From an uncultured delta proteobacterium (GTDB lineage Bacteria > Myxococcota_A > Polyangia > Polyangiales > Polyangiaceae), in assembly GCA_963806225.1 (NCBI GenBank), contig CAWDXG010000004.1, positions 1,440,001 to 1,504,000 of the forward strand: DNA of 64,000 bases, in the 5' to 3' direction. Position 1 is the stretch's first letter; every line of letters starts with the position of its first letter. This document shows, piece after piece, positions 1 to 10,707 of the stretch. A program made the position numbers and the translations under genes. The notes under the pieces were generated by a model. It was not told where the DNA came from, did no database searches, and saw only the letters and a program-made list of their open reading frames with translations.

Positions 1-3000
1 GAGCTCGGGAAGATCTACGAACGGACGGGCGACTACGCCGGGTACGTCAAGATCCTCGAGCGGCACGCGGACGCGCAGCGCGGCGAAGACAAGCTCAAGA
101 CAATGTGCCGCATCGCCGAGCTGTACGAGGACCAGCTCAAGGACGACAGCGAAGCGATGCAGCGCTACGACGCCGTGCTGGCGCTGGATCCCCGCAACCT
201 GGATGCGCTGCGGGGCCTCGACCGCCTTTACAGCCGGACCGGCCGCTACAAGGATCTGCTCGAGAACCTCGCGGCCCAGATCCAGCTCGCGGCAACGCCG
301 CGCCAGAAGATCACGCTCTGGGAGCGCATCGCGGGCATCCACGACGAGGAATTCCTCGATCACGAGCTGGCCGCCGCTGCCTGGGAGTCCGTGCTGGAGA
401 TCGACAGCGCACACGAGGGAGCGCTCACCGCGCTGATCCGCCACTACCGTGCGCTGGATCGCTGGGAGGACGTGGCGGAGCTGTACGAGCGGCACCTCAA
501 GCTGATCACGGATCCCGCACAGCGGATGGAGCTGACGCTGGCTCGCGCGCGGGTGCTGGCGGACCAGATCGGCTCTCCCGAGCGCGCCACAGCCGCCTAC
601 GAACAGGCGCTGGAAATCGATCCGGAGCACGCGGGTGCGCTGGAGGCTCTGGCACGGCTCCGCGAAACGTCCGGCGACGCCGACGCCGCACTGAAGGCCA
701 TCGAGGCCCTGGCCTCCAAAGCCACGACTCCGGAAGCCAAGGCCGAGCAGTTCCTGCGCGCGGCGAAGCTGCTCGAGCAGCGCGGAGATCGCGACGGCGC
801 GATCGAGCGCTACAAGCTGGCGTTGGACGCCAAACCCAGCGACGCCAGCGCTTCCGCGGCGCTGCGCGCGGCCTACACCGCGCGCGGCGACGTGAACGCC
901 GCGCTCCAGCTGCTGGAGCGCGAGCTGGACCAGACCGAGGGCGAGCGTGCGAAAGCCAAGCTGGCCGCGGAAATGGCCGTTCTCGCGCGTGACCGCCTGA
1001 AGGACGACGCGCGCGCCGAGGAAGCGGCCAAGCGCGCCATCTCGTTCGACCCGACGAACCTGGACGCCCTGAAGGTGCTGGGTGACATCGCGTTCGACGT
1101 CAAGCGCTTCTTCGAGGCGAGCAAGCACTTCGAGCTGATCGCCGACCGCGCCGACACGCTCGACAAGAAAGAAGCGGCGCGGGTCCTGGTGCGCTACGTG
1201 GACGCGCTGTCACAGACGGGTTCCACGGAAAAGGCGATCGCACCGATGGATACGCTCCTGCGCATCGCACCGGACGACGCCCAGGCGCTGGAGCGGGTCG
1301 CCCAGGTCACCGCCGAGCACGGCTCGCCCAAGCGCGCCGTGGAGCTCTACTCGGACCTGTTCAAGCGCTTCGGCGACCAGATCAAGGGCAAGGAAAAGGC
1401 CGGAGCCCTGTTCCGCTTCGGCGACGCGCTGCTGCGTGCGGAAGAGCCCGACAAGGCCGTCGAGCCGCTGGAGGAAGCGGCCGATCTCGACCCCGCGAAC
1501 CCCGAGCCGCTTGTCTCGCTGGCCAAGGTCTACGAAGAAAAGGAGGACTGGGAACAGGTCATCAAGACCAAGACGCGACACCTGGACATCGCGTCGGGCG
1601 ACGACCGCGTGCAGCTCCTGATGGAGATGGGCGACATCGCGTCGGGCAAGCTCGATGATCGCACGCGAGCCGCGAAGAGCTTCGTCGCGGCCCTGGAAGA
1701 GCGCCCCGACGACCGCCGGCTCCTGACCAAGCTGATGCAGCTCTACAGCGAGGAAAAGGACTGGGGCAAGCTCGTCGACGTCGTGCTGCGCCTGGCTGAC
1801 TTCGTCGAGGACGAGAAGCAGAAGGCGAAGTACCTGCACACCGCCGCCATCGTCAGCGCCCGGCAGATGGGCGATCTCGGATCGCGCTCTCGGATTCTAT
1901 CTGCAGGTGCTCGAGCTGGACCCGGACATGGAGCGCGCGCTGGACGAGGCCATCGAACTCCAGCGCGACAAGGGCGACCACGAGGGCGTCGAGAAGCTGC
2001 TCAAGCGCAAGCTCGAAGCGGCGTCGAAGGCCAAGGACCAGGCCACGATGCTCAGCACCTTCACCGCTCTGGGCGAGCTGTACGAAAAGCAGCTGGGCTG
2101 GATCGACCAGGCCGTCGACGCCTACGAGGCGGCGCAGACGCTCGACGCAGACAACCGCGAACGCGCGGAACTGCTGGCCGAACTCTACGCTTCCGATCCG
2201 GCGAAGTACCTGGAAAAGGCTGTCTCGTCGCAGCTGGCCCTGCTGCGCCAGAACCCGTACCGACCCGAGTCGTACAAGCTGCTCCGGCGCCTGTACACGG
2301 AGGTCAAGCAGCCCGATCCCGCGTGGTGCCTGTGCCAGGCGCTCTACGTGCTGAACCTGGCCGAGCCCGACGAGGAGCGCTTCTTCAAGCGCATGCGCTC
2401 CGAAACCGCGGCGGCGGCGCAAGAAGCCTTCGACAACGAGGATTGGCTCAATTCCGTGATGCACCCGGGAGCCGATCCGCTTCTGACCAGCGTGTTCGCT
2501 TTGATCGAGCCGGCGGTGATCGCGCGACGCGGCCAGAGCCTGGAGGCGCTGGGCTACGATTCGCGTTACGCGATCGATCTGGCCCGTCACCCCTACCCCA
2601 TGAGCCAGACGCTGCACTACGCGGCGGGTGTGCTGGGAATGGACCCGCCGCCGACCTTCCAGAACACGAACGACCCAGGCGGGCTGTCGTTCCTCCACGC
2701 CCACACCCCGGCTGTCGTTCTAGGCATGGCGGCCCTCTCGGCCGAGGTACCGCCGCAGGCAGCTGCGTTTATCGCGGCGCGCCACCTGGCGTACTTCCGC
2801 CCCGGCATGTACGTCCGTCATCTTCTACCTTCGGGTACCGGGCTGAAGAGCTGGCTGTTCGCGGCCATCAAGATGATTGCCCCCCAGTTCCCGATCGCTG
2901 CCGAGCTCGAAGGTCCGGTGACGGAAGCCCTCGAAGCACTCGACGCGAGCATGCAGGGCCAGGCCCGCGATCAGCTCGCGCGCATCGTCTCCAAGCTGCT

Positions 3001-3238
3001 GCAGGCCGGCGGCGCGCTCGACCTGAAGCGCTGGGTCGCTGGTGTCGACCTCACCGCGGATCGCGCGGGATTCATCGTCGCGCACGACATGGAGACCGCC
3101 GTCGAGATCATCAAGGCGTCCGACGAGGGTTCGAGCGCGGTGCCCAACCAGGAGCGGCTGAAGGAACTCGTGCTGTACGGCGTGAGCGAGCCCTACTTCG
3201 CCATGCGCCGCAAGCTCATGATCTCCATCGACACCTGA
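1..3238 (+). CDS. Giant TPR-repeat protein (5'-partial; myxobacterial AgmK-like solenoid) with degenerate M48-like C-terminal domain; apparent +1 frameshift at ~1879-1880
   Basis: Frame 1 is open from base 1 (ELGKIYERTGDY...) with continuous TPR-like helices to ...SARQMGDL. Removing one G at 1879-1880 joins it to the 1907..3238 frame (DRALGFYLQVLELDPDM...ISIDT*). Confidence 0.85.
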
Positions 3239-3268
3239 CGGGAGCGAGCGACGCCGCGCGGGAGCGGC

Positions 3269-4339
3269 TCAGCGCGGAAAAGCGCGCAACCCGGCGCCGC
3301 GGCGCGGTGCCGCCAGGCCGCCGAAGGCTGGCTCGAACAGGATGTGCGAGAACGGTCCGGTCGCGCGCCAGGCGTAGAAGCCGTCGGGGCGCTTGGCTCG
3401 CTTGTTCTTCGGATCCAGGTCGAACAGCCCCGGCATCTTCGAGCCCGGCGCGCCGAACAGCCCGCGCGTCATGTCGTTCTTGTTCTTGTAGCTGTCGGAG
3501 AACTTGAAACGAAGCGACAGCTCGGCCAGGCTCTCGTCCGCCGGATCGCGCAGGCGGATCTTGCCTTCGCACACGAAGTCGAGGTCGCGCCCCTTCGAGC
3601 TGAACTTCTCGATGGCGAGCCGGCCTTCGGTGACTTCCGCCTTCAGCGTGACGGTGCCCGCATTCAACTTGGGAAGGGCGATAGTATTGCGGATCTTCGC
3701 CTTGCCGTTGCCCACCGTCAGGTTCGTGATCGTCAGATCGATGTTGCCACTGGCTTTCGCGGCCTTGCCCCCGGGTAGCTTCAGATCGACCTTGCCGTCG
3801 AGGCTGCCGGTCATCGGCAGGCCCACGATGTCCTTGAGCATCGGCAGCTTGCCCACATCCACGCTTTCCAGCTCCACGTGGACACTGCGGCTCTTGTCCG
3901 CGTCCGAGGTATTGCCGCTGATGCTGCCCCCGAAGGCATCGGCGCCAAAACTGACGTAGACGGTGCCCACGAGAAGTCTGAGAAGCGAGACCCGCGCGTG
4001 CGCTTCGTCGATGGTGATCTGCTCCGGCTTGGCGGGCTTCTTCTCGCCCTTGTCCGCGCCGACCTCGCCGTCGTCGCTGCCCGTGTCGGACGTGGCCGCG
4101 GGAGGCGGGCCGGTGAACTTGACGCCGTCGGCCTCGACACCGCTGAACCAGTAGGAGCTCATGTTGTCGATGTCCAGGTGCAGCGAGCTTGCTCCCGTCT
4201 GGCGCGCGTTGACCTCAGCGACGATACGGTTCTTCAACCGCTCGTACGGGAACGTCAGGTACGCGAACAGCGCCAGGCAGAACAGATAGAACAGCGGGTA
4301 GCCGACCCAGCGCAGGATCTTCTTCGCGCGCGGGCTCAC
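3269..4339 (-). CDS. gspN: Type II secretion system protein N
   Basis: N-terminal TM helix then 'YLTFPYERLK', typical of deltaproteobacterial GspN, and a beta-rich body. Last gene of the gsp operon; GTG overlaps the gspM stop. Confidence 0.85.
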   Translation of the reverse strand: MSPRAKKILRWVGYPLFYLFCLALFAYLTFPYERLKNRIVAEVNARQTGASSLHLDIDNMSSYWFSGVEADGVKFTGPPPAATSDTGSDDGEVGADKGEKKPAKPEQITIDEAHARVSLLRLLVGTVYVSFGADAFGGSISGNTSDADKSRSVHVELESVDVGKLPMLKDIVGLPMTGSLDGKVDLKLPGGKAAKASGNIDLTITNLTVGNGKAKIRNTIALPKLNAGTVTLKAEVTEGRLAIEKFSSKGRDLDFVCEGKIRLRDPADESLAELSLRFKFSDSYKNKNDMTRGLFGAPGSKMPGLFDLDPKNKRAKRPDGFYAWRATGPFSHILFEPAFGGLAAPRRGAGLRAFPR

Positions 4340-4917
4340 AGCTCCTCCCCCTGGGACGACGCGCTCTTCTTCTTCGTCTTCGTGTCCGCCTTGCGATCGT
4401 ACGCGCTGACGATCATCTCAACGTCATACGAGTCGACCTCCGTGCCGCGCTTTCTGATGTTCAGCCGCGAGACAACCACCGGGTGCGGCGATTGCTCGAT
4501 CTTCTCCATGAACTTCACGAGGTGCAGCATGCCCACCTTGCGCAGAGCGATCTTCGTCGAGCGCTCCTCGTATCGCTTGCCGTGCGGGATGGGCGCGCGA
4601 TCCTGGCTCTCGGGGATATCGATGCCCGTTTCCGTAGCCAGCTTGGCGAGGAAGCCGGCCAGCGGCGGCGCAGGCGAAGCGTAGCGCGCCTTGATGGCGT
4701 CGCGCTCGGCGCGGCGCTTGCGGACGAGAGCACGCCCCTTCTGGATGCTGTCGATCGCATTGCGCAAGGCTTCGTTCTGGCTCTCCTGCGAGGAAAGCAT
4801 GGCCGACATGCCGATGGGTACGAGCAGCAGCAACAGCACGGCGAGCACGGCGCCGAGCACGCCCAGGAGCTGGCGCTCCCGGGGTTCAAGGCGATCGATG
4901 CGCTCGCGCAGACTCAC
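4336..4917 (-). CDS. gspM: Type II secretion system protein M
   Basis: 'LEPRERQLL' then TM helix, coiled coil and small periplasmic domain. GTG at 4917 overlaps the gspL TGA (GTGA). Confidence 0.8.
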   Translation of the reverse strand: MSLRERIDRLEPRERQLLGVLGAVLAVLLLLLVPIGMSAMLSSQESQNEALRNAIDSIQKGRALVRKRRAERDAIKARYASPAPPLAGFLAKLATETGIDIPESQDRAPIPHGKRYEERSTKIALRKVGMLHLVKFMEKIEQSPHPVVVSRLNIRKRGTEVDSYDVEMIVSAYDRKADTKTKKKSASSQGEEL

Positions 4918-6386
4918 TGTCCATCCTCCGCGTTCTTCTTCTTCTTCTTCTTCGACTGGTCCTCGGGGCACTTGACCTCGAACTCGAGGACGTACTTCTG
5001 CCGGTCGCTCCCCACCGCCTGCGTGATCTTCGAGATCTTCGAGTCCTTGATGCAGCGCTTCGACGAGATCCCACCTGCCACCAGCTGCGCGTCGGCCGTG
5101 GAGTTCACGACGCCGTCGATGCGCACGTGGCCGCGCTGCATGTCGAACTCCTCGATGTCGTGCGTCACGCTCATCGGGATGGCCTTGGACAGCTGGACGA
5201 TCACGTCGAACGCGTCCATGTGCGGCATCGGGTCCGGCTCGCCCTTGGCCTTGGCCTGTGAGAGCAGCTGCGCCGCCTCGTCCGGGTCACTGGTTTTCTT
5301 GCCGAGCACGTTCATCGTCAGGCTGGACAGCGTCTTGTCCAGCACCTGGTTCTCGCGCGACAACGCCCGCGCCTGCGCCCAGGTGGAAAAGGCGAAGCTG
5401 ATGACGATGGCCGCGCCCAGCCCGCTGAGCAGCGGGACCTTGTCCTTCAAAAAGCCGTAGCCGCGCTGGTAGGCGAGAGGCCCTTGTCGCAGGTCGAGAT
5501 CGCGGGAGCGACCGCTCGCCCCGAGCGCCAGCGAGATCGCCTTGGCGAAGCGCGGCAGCATCGGCACCTGGTCCGGCGTCACACCCTCCAGCGAGAGGGC
5601 GGGCAACGGCGCCACCGGGACGCCGAGATGGTACGCCAGATACTCCTCCGCGCCCGGCGCTGCGGCACCTCCACCGAGCAGATAGGCGCGTTCCACCGGT
5701 TGGCCGCCCTTGAGAGCCCAGGACGCGAACGTCTGCCTGAGCTCGGCAGCCAGCGCCTGCGCGCTGTCCGGAAGTCCCTCGGTCCCGCGGGACAGGGTGC
5801 GCGCGAAGACGGCCTCGCCGCCCGCGATGACCACCAGCTCCGTGCGGCTTCCTCCGAGATCCACCAGCGCGACGGGAGCCGGCGAGCCGAGCTCGGGCGA
5901 GAGCGCGGCGAGATTCGCCAGCGGCAGTGGACCGCACCCGATGCGCTCGGGCTCGCGGCCAAGAGCCTGCTGGAGCTGGACGATGCGCGCCCGGGCATCC
6001 TCGGTGCGGGCTGCCGCCGCAAGCACGATGATCGGATCGCTATTCGAAGCCCGCCGGAGCGTGCGGAAGTCGAACACCAGCTCGTCGAAATCGACGGGCA
6101 CCTGGGCTTCGAGCTCGAACGGCACCACCTCGGAGAGCTGCTTGAGCGCCGTGCTCGGCAGCTCGAGCCGGTGAGTGAAAGCATGTTCGCCCTCGATCGC
6201 CACGGCGACGGATTCGCTGTGCTGCGTGAGCGGCAGTCCAGCAGCCAGCAGCGCCTGCTCGAGAGTACCCGCGGTCGCTACGTCCACCTCCAACATGCGC
6301 TCGACCGCCACGCGCTTGTAGCTGGTGCGCAGCTCCACCGCGCGTACCTGCGATTTTCCGATGTCTATGCCGACGAGCCTACCCAT
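4914..6386 (-). CDS. gspL: Type II secretion system protein L (PilM-like actin-fold cytoplasmic domain + TM + PilN-like periplasmic domain)
   Basis: ATG at 6386: MGRLVGIDIGKSQVRAV. Also VDLGGSRT and YLLGGGA actin-like motifs, one TM, and position between gspK and gspM. Confidence 0.85.
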   Translation of the reverse strand: MGRLVGIDIGKSQVRAVELRTSYKRVAVERMLEVDVATAGTLEQALLAAGLPLTQHSESVAVAIEGEHAFTHRLELPSTALKQLSEVVPFELEAQVPVDFDELVFDFRTLRRASNSDPIIVLAAAARTEDARARIVQLQQALGREPERIGCGPLPLANLAALSPELGSPAPVALVDLGGSRTELVVIAGGEAVFARTLSRGTEGLPDSAQALAAELRQTFASWALKGGQPVERAYLLGGGAAAPGAEEYLAYHLGVPVAPLPALSLEGVTPDQVPMLPRFAKAISLALGASGRSRDLDLRQGPLAYQRGYGFLKDKVPLLSGLGAAIVISFAFSTWAQARALSRENQVLDKTLSSLTMNVLGKKTSDPDEAAQLLSQAKAKGEPDPMPHMDAFDVIVQLSKAIPMSVTHDIEEFDMQRGHVRIDGVVNSTADAQLVAGGISSKRCIKDSKISKITQAVGSDRQKYVLEFEVKCPEDQSKKKKKKNAEDGQ

Positions 6387-6415
6387 GTCGTGCTTCTTGT
6401 AGATCGAACAACGGT

Positions 6416-7924
6416 CTAGTTTATCCGGTAGTAGATGATGTTGCCTCCGGGGCTCGGCTTGAGCACCGAAGCGATGGCGTTCTGCGTCGCACCCGGGAGA
6501 CCGGCGAGGCCCGACGGCTGGCCATTCGTCGTGCCACCACTGGCGCCGCCGCTTCCGCCCTGGCCGTTCGCCAGGTTCTCCAGCGCGCTGGCCACACCCG
6601 GCGCCATCCCGGGCGGCGGCGCGCCGCGGAAGTCGACCACCGCGTGGATGCGCGTGCGCGTCTCGCGCTTGCCGGCCTTCACGTAGCCGGTTGCGTAGAT
6701 GCTGAACACCTTGCTCTCGGTGGTGACGGCCTTCTTCAGCTCGGACTTCGACTTCAGAACGAAGGGCTTGATGTTCGCTATCTTCAGCGCGGGACCGAGC
6801 AGGCCCTGATCGCTGGTTATCGAGTTCACGAAGGCGTCCGGCGAGCCGAAGACCGGTATCCCGTGGATGAAGCTCTTGACGCCGTTGAGGACCATCAGGA
6901 ACGTGGCCGCCTGCGAGGGATCGCTGCACACGGGGCTGTCCGGACCGTACGCGCAGATGACCGCGAGCAGCGTCTGCGCATTCGCGGTGTTCACATTCAC
7001 CTTGCCCTGGCTCCAGATGGTGACCGTGCGCTTGTCCGGATCATCCGGATCGGGATCGATGAAGGTGTCCCAGAACTGGTCGCTGATGCCGCGCACCAGG
7101 TGCAGCTCCTCCAGGCTGTCGAACGCGGCGTTCTTGCGCTGGTAGGGCTTCTTCAGCATCCGGTAGAACGAGTCCTCGGCGCCCGCGGACTGCTGCGCGG
7201 TACCCGAATTCGGATCGCAGTTGTAGGCGTTCTGGTCCGGATCCACCCAATCGATCAGCGCCGAGCAGATCGTCTGGCGATCCGAATAGGCGCCGTCCGT
7301 GTCGCGGTTCTCGAACATGGGGTTGTACTGCGGTCCCGCCATCAATCCCATAAGCTCGGTCGCTTCGCGCACCTCGGAAAAGGCGTCGCCGGGCACGGCC
7401 GTGTTCAGATCGATCTTGGAGTCCTCGTCCACGATCTGCACGTCGAAGCCCGCGCCCTTCAGCCCGAGATTCTTGCCGTCGGCGAGATCCACGCCCGCGA
7501 GTTGCTGGAAGGCCTGGTTGCCGTCCTTGTCGTTGAAAGCTCCCAGCACGCGGTCGGCGTAGGCCCACACCGGGATCTGCGGGGGAGCCATCCGCATCAT
7601 CATGAACAGGGGCGCAATCCCCTTGCGGATAGTGGGCTCGGCCGCGATGAGCAGCCGCGAGAGATTGATGGCGCTCTTCGCAGCGTACTCGGCTTTCAGT
7701 TCGTCGCGCTGGGACAGCGCGTTGCCGAGCTCCGCAGAAGTGGCGTCCTGGAACTCGGTCAGCATGACCGTCAGGAGCGTGAGCGCGCCCAGCACCAGGA
7801 TCAGCGCGATGCCGCGCTTCTGCCTCCGCTGGCGGCGGCGGATGCGGCGCGACACGGGCGCAGCACTCCGCGGCCGCGTTCCGGCGGGCGTGCTACGGCT
7901 CCGTGTCTTCGGCCTGCGTGTCAT
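6416..7924 (-). CDS. gspK: Type II secretion minor pseudopilin K
   Basis: Basic leader ...QRRQKRG|IALILVL (no E5, as in GspK), DEDSKIDLN, ALIDWVD, KNAAFDSLEELHLVRGI, KVNVNTA. ATG at 7924 overlaps the gspJ TGA. Confidence 0.9.
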   Translation of the reverse strand: MTRRPKTRSRSTPAGTRPRSAAPVSRRIRRRQRRQKRGIALILVLGALTLLTVMLTEFQDATSAELGNALSQRDELKAEYAAKSAINLSRLLIAAEPTIRKGIAPLFMMMRMAPPQIPVWAYADRVLGAFNDKDGNQAFQQLAGVDLADGKNLGLKGAGFDVQIVDEDSKIDLNTAVPGDAFSEVREATELMGLMAGPQYNPMFENRDTDGAYSDRQTICSALIDWVDPDQNAYNCDPNSGTAQQSAGAEDSFYRMLKKPYQRKNAAFDSLEELHLVRGISDQFWDTFIDPDPDDPDKRTVTIWSQGKVNVNTANAQTLLAVICAYGPDSPVCSDPSQAATFLMVLNGVKSFIHGIPVFGSPDAFVNSITSDQGLLGPALKIANIKPFVLKSKSELKKAVTTESKVFSIYATGYVKAGKRETRTRIHAVVDFRGAPPPGMAPGVASALENLANGQGGSGGASGGTTNGQPSGLAGLPGATQNAIASVLKPSPGGNIIYYRIN

Positions 7925-8653
7925 TGCGTCGCGAATGTGAGGGGATGCTGGATGGGAATATCCACCGAGGTCATGAAGCGGATGGTCTGGCGTCCGTTGC
8001 TCTCCGAAGTGCGACGGCCGCCGTTCAGCACGAGCAGGACACGCACCTGGAGCGGCATGCGGTTGGGCTGACCGATGGCCTGCGTGCTGTCCCAGGTGTC
8101 CACCCACTGCCCGGTCAGCGGGTCGAGGTACTGGAGGTCGAACAGATCGATGTCGGTGGCCAGCACCTCCACCCGTCCACCCTTGGTCGGGCTCGAGGTC
8201 GGGGTGCTTGCTGATGCGCCGCACCAGATCGATAACGCCGTGCTTCTCCGGGTTCTCCGACCCGAAGTAGGAGATCTCGCACTGATCCGACTCATGCGAG
8301 TCACGCTCGATGCGGCGGTTCGCGAAGGAATTGAAATCCACGCGGTCAGCCGGCGTGCCCTGCGTACCGACGAAAGCGGTCTTCTGCACTGCGATCGCCT
8401 GGTTCAGCGGGGTCTGCACCTGCAGCGAGAGGTACGCACTCTGCAACTCGCGGCTGATGCGGTCGATCGCCAGGCGCCCTTCACGATAGCGATCGTTGAC
8501 GCGCTGGATGCCTTCCTTGCTGTGCTTCAAGCCCGCAAAGGCGCTGTAGATGAGCACCGAGATCATCGCGAGGATGGCCACCGCGACGAGCATCTCGACC
8601 AGCGTGAAGCCGGCCGAGGCGAGCCGTCGCCTGCGCCGGGCGGTGCGGATCAC
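7921..8653 (-). CDS. gspJ: Type II secretion minor pseudopilin J (apparent +1 frameshift at ~8180-8186)
   Basis: GTG at 8653 and G|FTLVEMLVAVAILAMI. The C-terminal half (GGRVEVLATDIDLFDLQYLD...WVDTWDS...MPLQVRV) lies in the 7921..8304 frame and joins if one base is removed. Confidence 0.85.
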
Positions 8654-9465
8654 GGCTTGCCTCCCCCGCCACGCGGCGAAAATGGCGAAGTCTGGATCGG
8701 GCTCGCTTTCGGGCCGCCCGGCGTGCTGCTGTTGCCGCCACCCAGGAGATTGCCGACGTTCTGCAACCCGTTCGCGGCGTTCGGGTCGAGACCGCCCTGC
8801 TGCGGATTGGTGAGGTACTGTGTGACCTGGAAGTCCCGGTCGTTCTTCCCCTCCTTCCAGTGCACGGTGACCGTGATCTTGCGGATGCTGGCCTCCAGCA
8901 TCGGCTTCAGGTCGGGATAGACCAGGCCCATCACCATCGAGGCCATGCCCTGCATGCCGCCGCCTGTGCCGGGCGTAGCGCCGCCGTTGCTGCTGCCTCC
9001 GCCCATGAGGTTCATCAGACCGCTGAAACCGGCATCCGCTCCGACCGACGCTCCGCCGCCCTGCTGCAGGCCGGCGAGCGCCCCGAGCGGCCCCATGTCG
9101 CCCTGATCGCCGCTCACACCTCCGTCCGCGCCGTCCCCGAGGTTGGTCTGCTCGGGCAGCTCGACGCGCTCGATCTTCCAGGAACACGTGTAGCGCTGCA
9201 GGCCCTCGTCATCGTCCCCGCAGCAACGCCCCTCGTCGTTCTCGTCGGCGACCGGATAGCCGTCCTTGTCGAGCTTGACCTCGATCTCGCCCATCTTGCA
9301 GCGAGCCAGCCCGGTCACCTGGCTGAGGGTCTCGGTGCGCGCTGCACTCGAGAACAGCCCGACCTGCGAGCTCAGGATCACACTGAGCCCGAGCCCCAGA
9401 ATCGCGATCGCGACCAGCACCTCGAGCAGCGTGAAGCCGCGGAGGCTGTGCCGGCGGGGGCTCAC
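8650..9465 (-). CDS. gspI: Type II secretion minor pseudopilin I (long, Gly-rich insertions)
   Basis: RG|FTLLEVLVAIAILGLGL prepilin motif, 'IRKITVTVHWKEG', and position between H and J. Confidence 0.8.
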   Translation of the reverse strand: MSPRRHSLRGFTLLEVLVAIAILGLGLSVILSSQVGLFSSAARTETLSQVTGLARCKMGEIEVKLDKDGYPVADENDEGRCCGDDDEGLQRYTCSWKIERVELPEQTNLGDGADGGVSGDQGDMGPLGALAGLQQGGGASVGADAGFSGLMNLMGGGSSNGGATPGTGGGMQGMASMVMGLVYPDLKPMLEASIRKITVTVHWKEGKNDRDFQVTQYLTNPQQGGLDPNAANGLQNVGNLLGGGNSSTPGGPKASPIQTSPFSPRGGGGKP

Positions 9466-10191
9466 GGTTCCTCCTCCGACTTGCGCTCGCCGAAGTCCGA
9501 GTCGGTGCGCGGCTCTTCGAGCGCAACGTGCCCGCGCTTGATCTCGGCGCGACCCGTCAGTGGGCTCACCAGGATGGTGAGCCCCTTGTCATCGGGCGAG
9601 CTCTGGATCTGGATCGAAGCCCGCTCCGTTCCGCCGCCGGGCCAGAAGTACAGATACGCCCTGCCCTCTTTGCGCGGTTCGCCGTCGTGCGAGGTCTGCA
9701 CGGACCGGAACGTGATCCCGCGGCCGAGCTCGCGCCCGTCGCCCGGGTGCTCCGAGTCGCCGCCGAAATCCTTGACCGGCTTGAAGCGCGGACGAGGGGG
9801 CTTGGGACCATCCATGATGCGGTCCGCTTCCTTCTTCGCCTCGCGTTCGGCCTGCGTCGCGGGCTCGGCACCGGCTCCGGTGCTTTCCCCGTCGTCCTTC
9901 TTGAGCAGCATGACGCCCTTTGCTTCCTCGAGCTTCACGCGATTCTTCTCGAGGTCGAACACCATGCGCACCGGCTTGCCGGTGGCATTCGCGCGCGTCA
10001 GCCCGAGCCTCACGCCCGTCAGGATGAGCGTGGCCGCCGAGCGCTCGCGGTTGGACGCGAACAGACCCGAGCCGAACAGGACCGTGCCGCTGAGCAGAGC
10101 GATGAGCGCAACGACTATCAGTACCTCGATAAGGGTCAGCCCCCGCGCCGCCGCGCGTCGGGACTGGCTCTGACGAAGGTGACCGATCCAT
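9462..10191 (-). CDS. gspH: Type II secretion minor pseudopilin H / FimT-like (apparent +1 frameshift just after the start codon, ~10188)
   Basis: The frame containing RG|LTLIEVLIVVALIALLSG has no in-frame start. Deleting one G in ATGGATC gives MIGHLRQSQSRRAAARG|LTLIE. C-terminal YLYFWPGGGTE and 'VSPLTGRAEI'. Confidence 0.8.
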
Positions 10192-10201
10192 GGCCTCTGC
10201 T

Positions 10202-10693
10202 CTACTCGTCGCTTCCGGCCTGGGCGTTCTTGGGCACGCTGATGTCGTCCTTCGTGCCCTTCTTCTTGTCGGGGCCGGACGACGTCACGATGATCTCGTC
10301 ATCGGTGCAGGTCAGCGTGTAGGGCTGCCCCCACGGATCGTTGGTGTTGGTGGCCGAGTCGATCTGCTTTTCCTGCACGAGCTGGCTCATCGTCGGGCAG
10401 GTCGTCTCGTTGCTGGTCGCCTGCCAGCTCTGGATCGCCTGGCGGATCGTGCGTGCGCCAGTCTCGGCCGTCTTGATCTGCGCTTCCTTGAACTTCGGCA
10501 GCGCGAACACAGCCACGCCGCCGGCGACCATCGCGATGATGGCTACGACGATCAGGACCTCGACCAGCGTGACGCCGCGCTGTCCTTTGCGGTAGGCCCG
10601 CCGCATCCCGGAAAGCAGCGTGCGTGGAAAATCGGCGCGTGTATGATCCGTCGCCAGGGCTTCGTTTGCCGGGGGGTGCTCGAACTCGTTCAT
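10202..10693 (-). CDS. gspG: Type II secretion major pseudopilin G
   Basis: QRG|VTLVEVLIVVAIIAMVAG, DPWGQPY and SSGPDKKKGTKDDI motifs. The true start may be the internal MRRAYRK. Confidence 0.85.
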   Translation of the reverse strand: MNEFEHPPANEALATDHTRADFPRTLLSGMRRAYRKGQRGVTLVEVLIVVAIIAMVAGGVAVFALPKFKEAQIKTAETGARTIRQAIQSWQATSNETTCPTMSQLVQEKQIDSATNTNDPWGQPYTLTCTDDEIIVTSSGPDKKKGTKDDISVPKNAQAGSDE

Positions 10694-10707
10694 GGGGTCC
10701 TCGTTCG

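Noticed and set aside
1881..3507. Arg-rich C-terminal half of the 1134-aa ORF
   Set aside because: Out-of-frame read-through after the indel. The TPR protein continues in the 1907..3238 frame.
6416..9187. 923-aa ORF that looks like a GspJ-GspK fusion
   Set aside because: It arises from the +1 indel at ~8180-8186. GspJ's real C-terminus and stop are in another frame, and gspK has its own ATG and prepilin leader.
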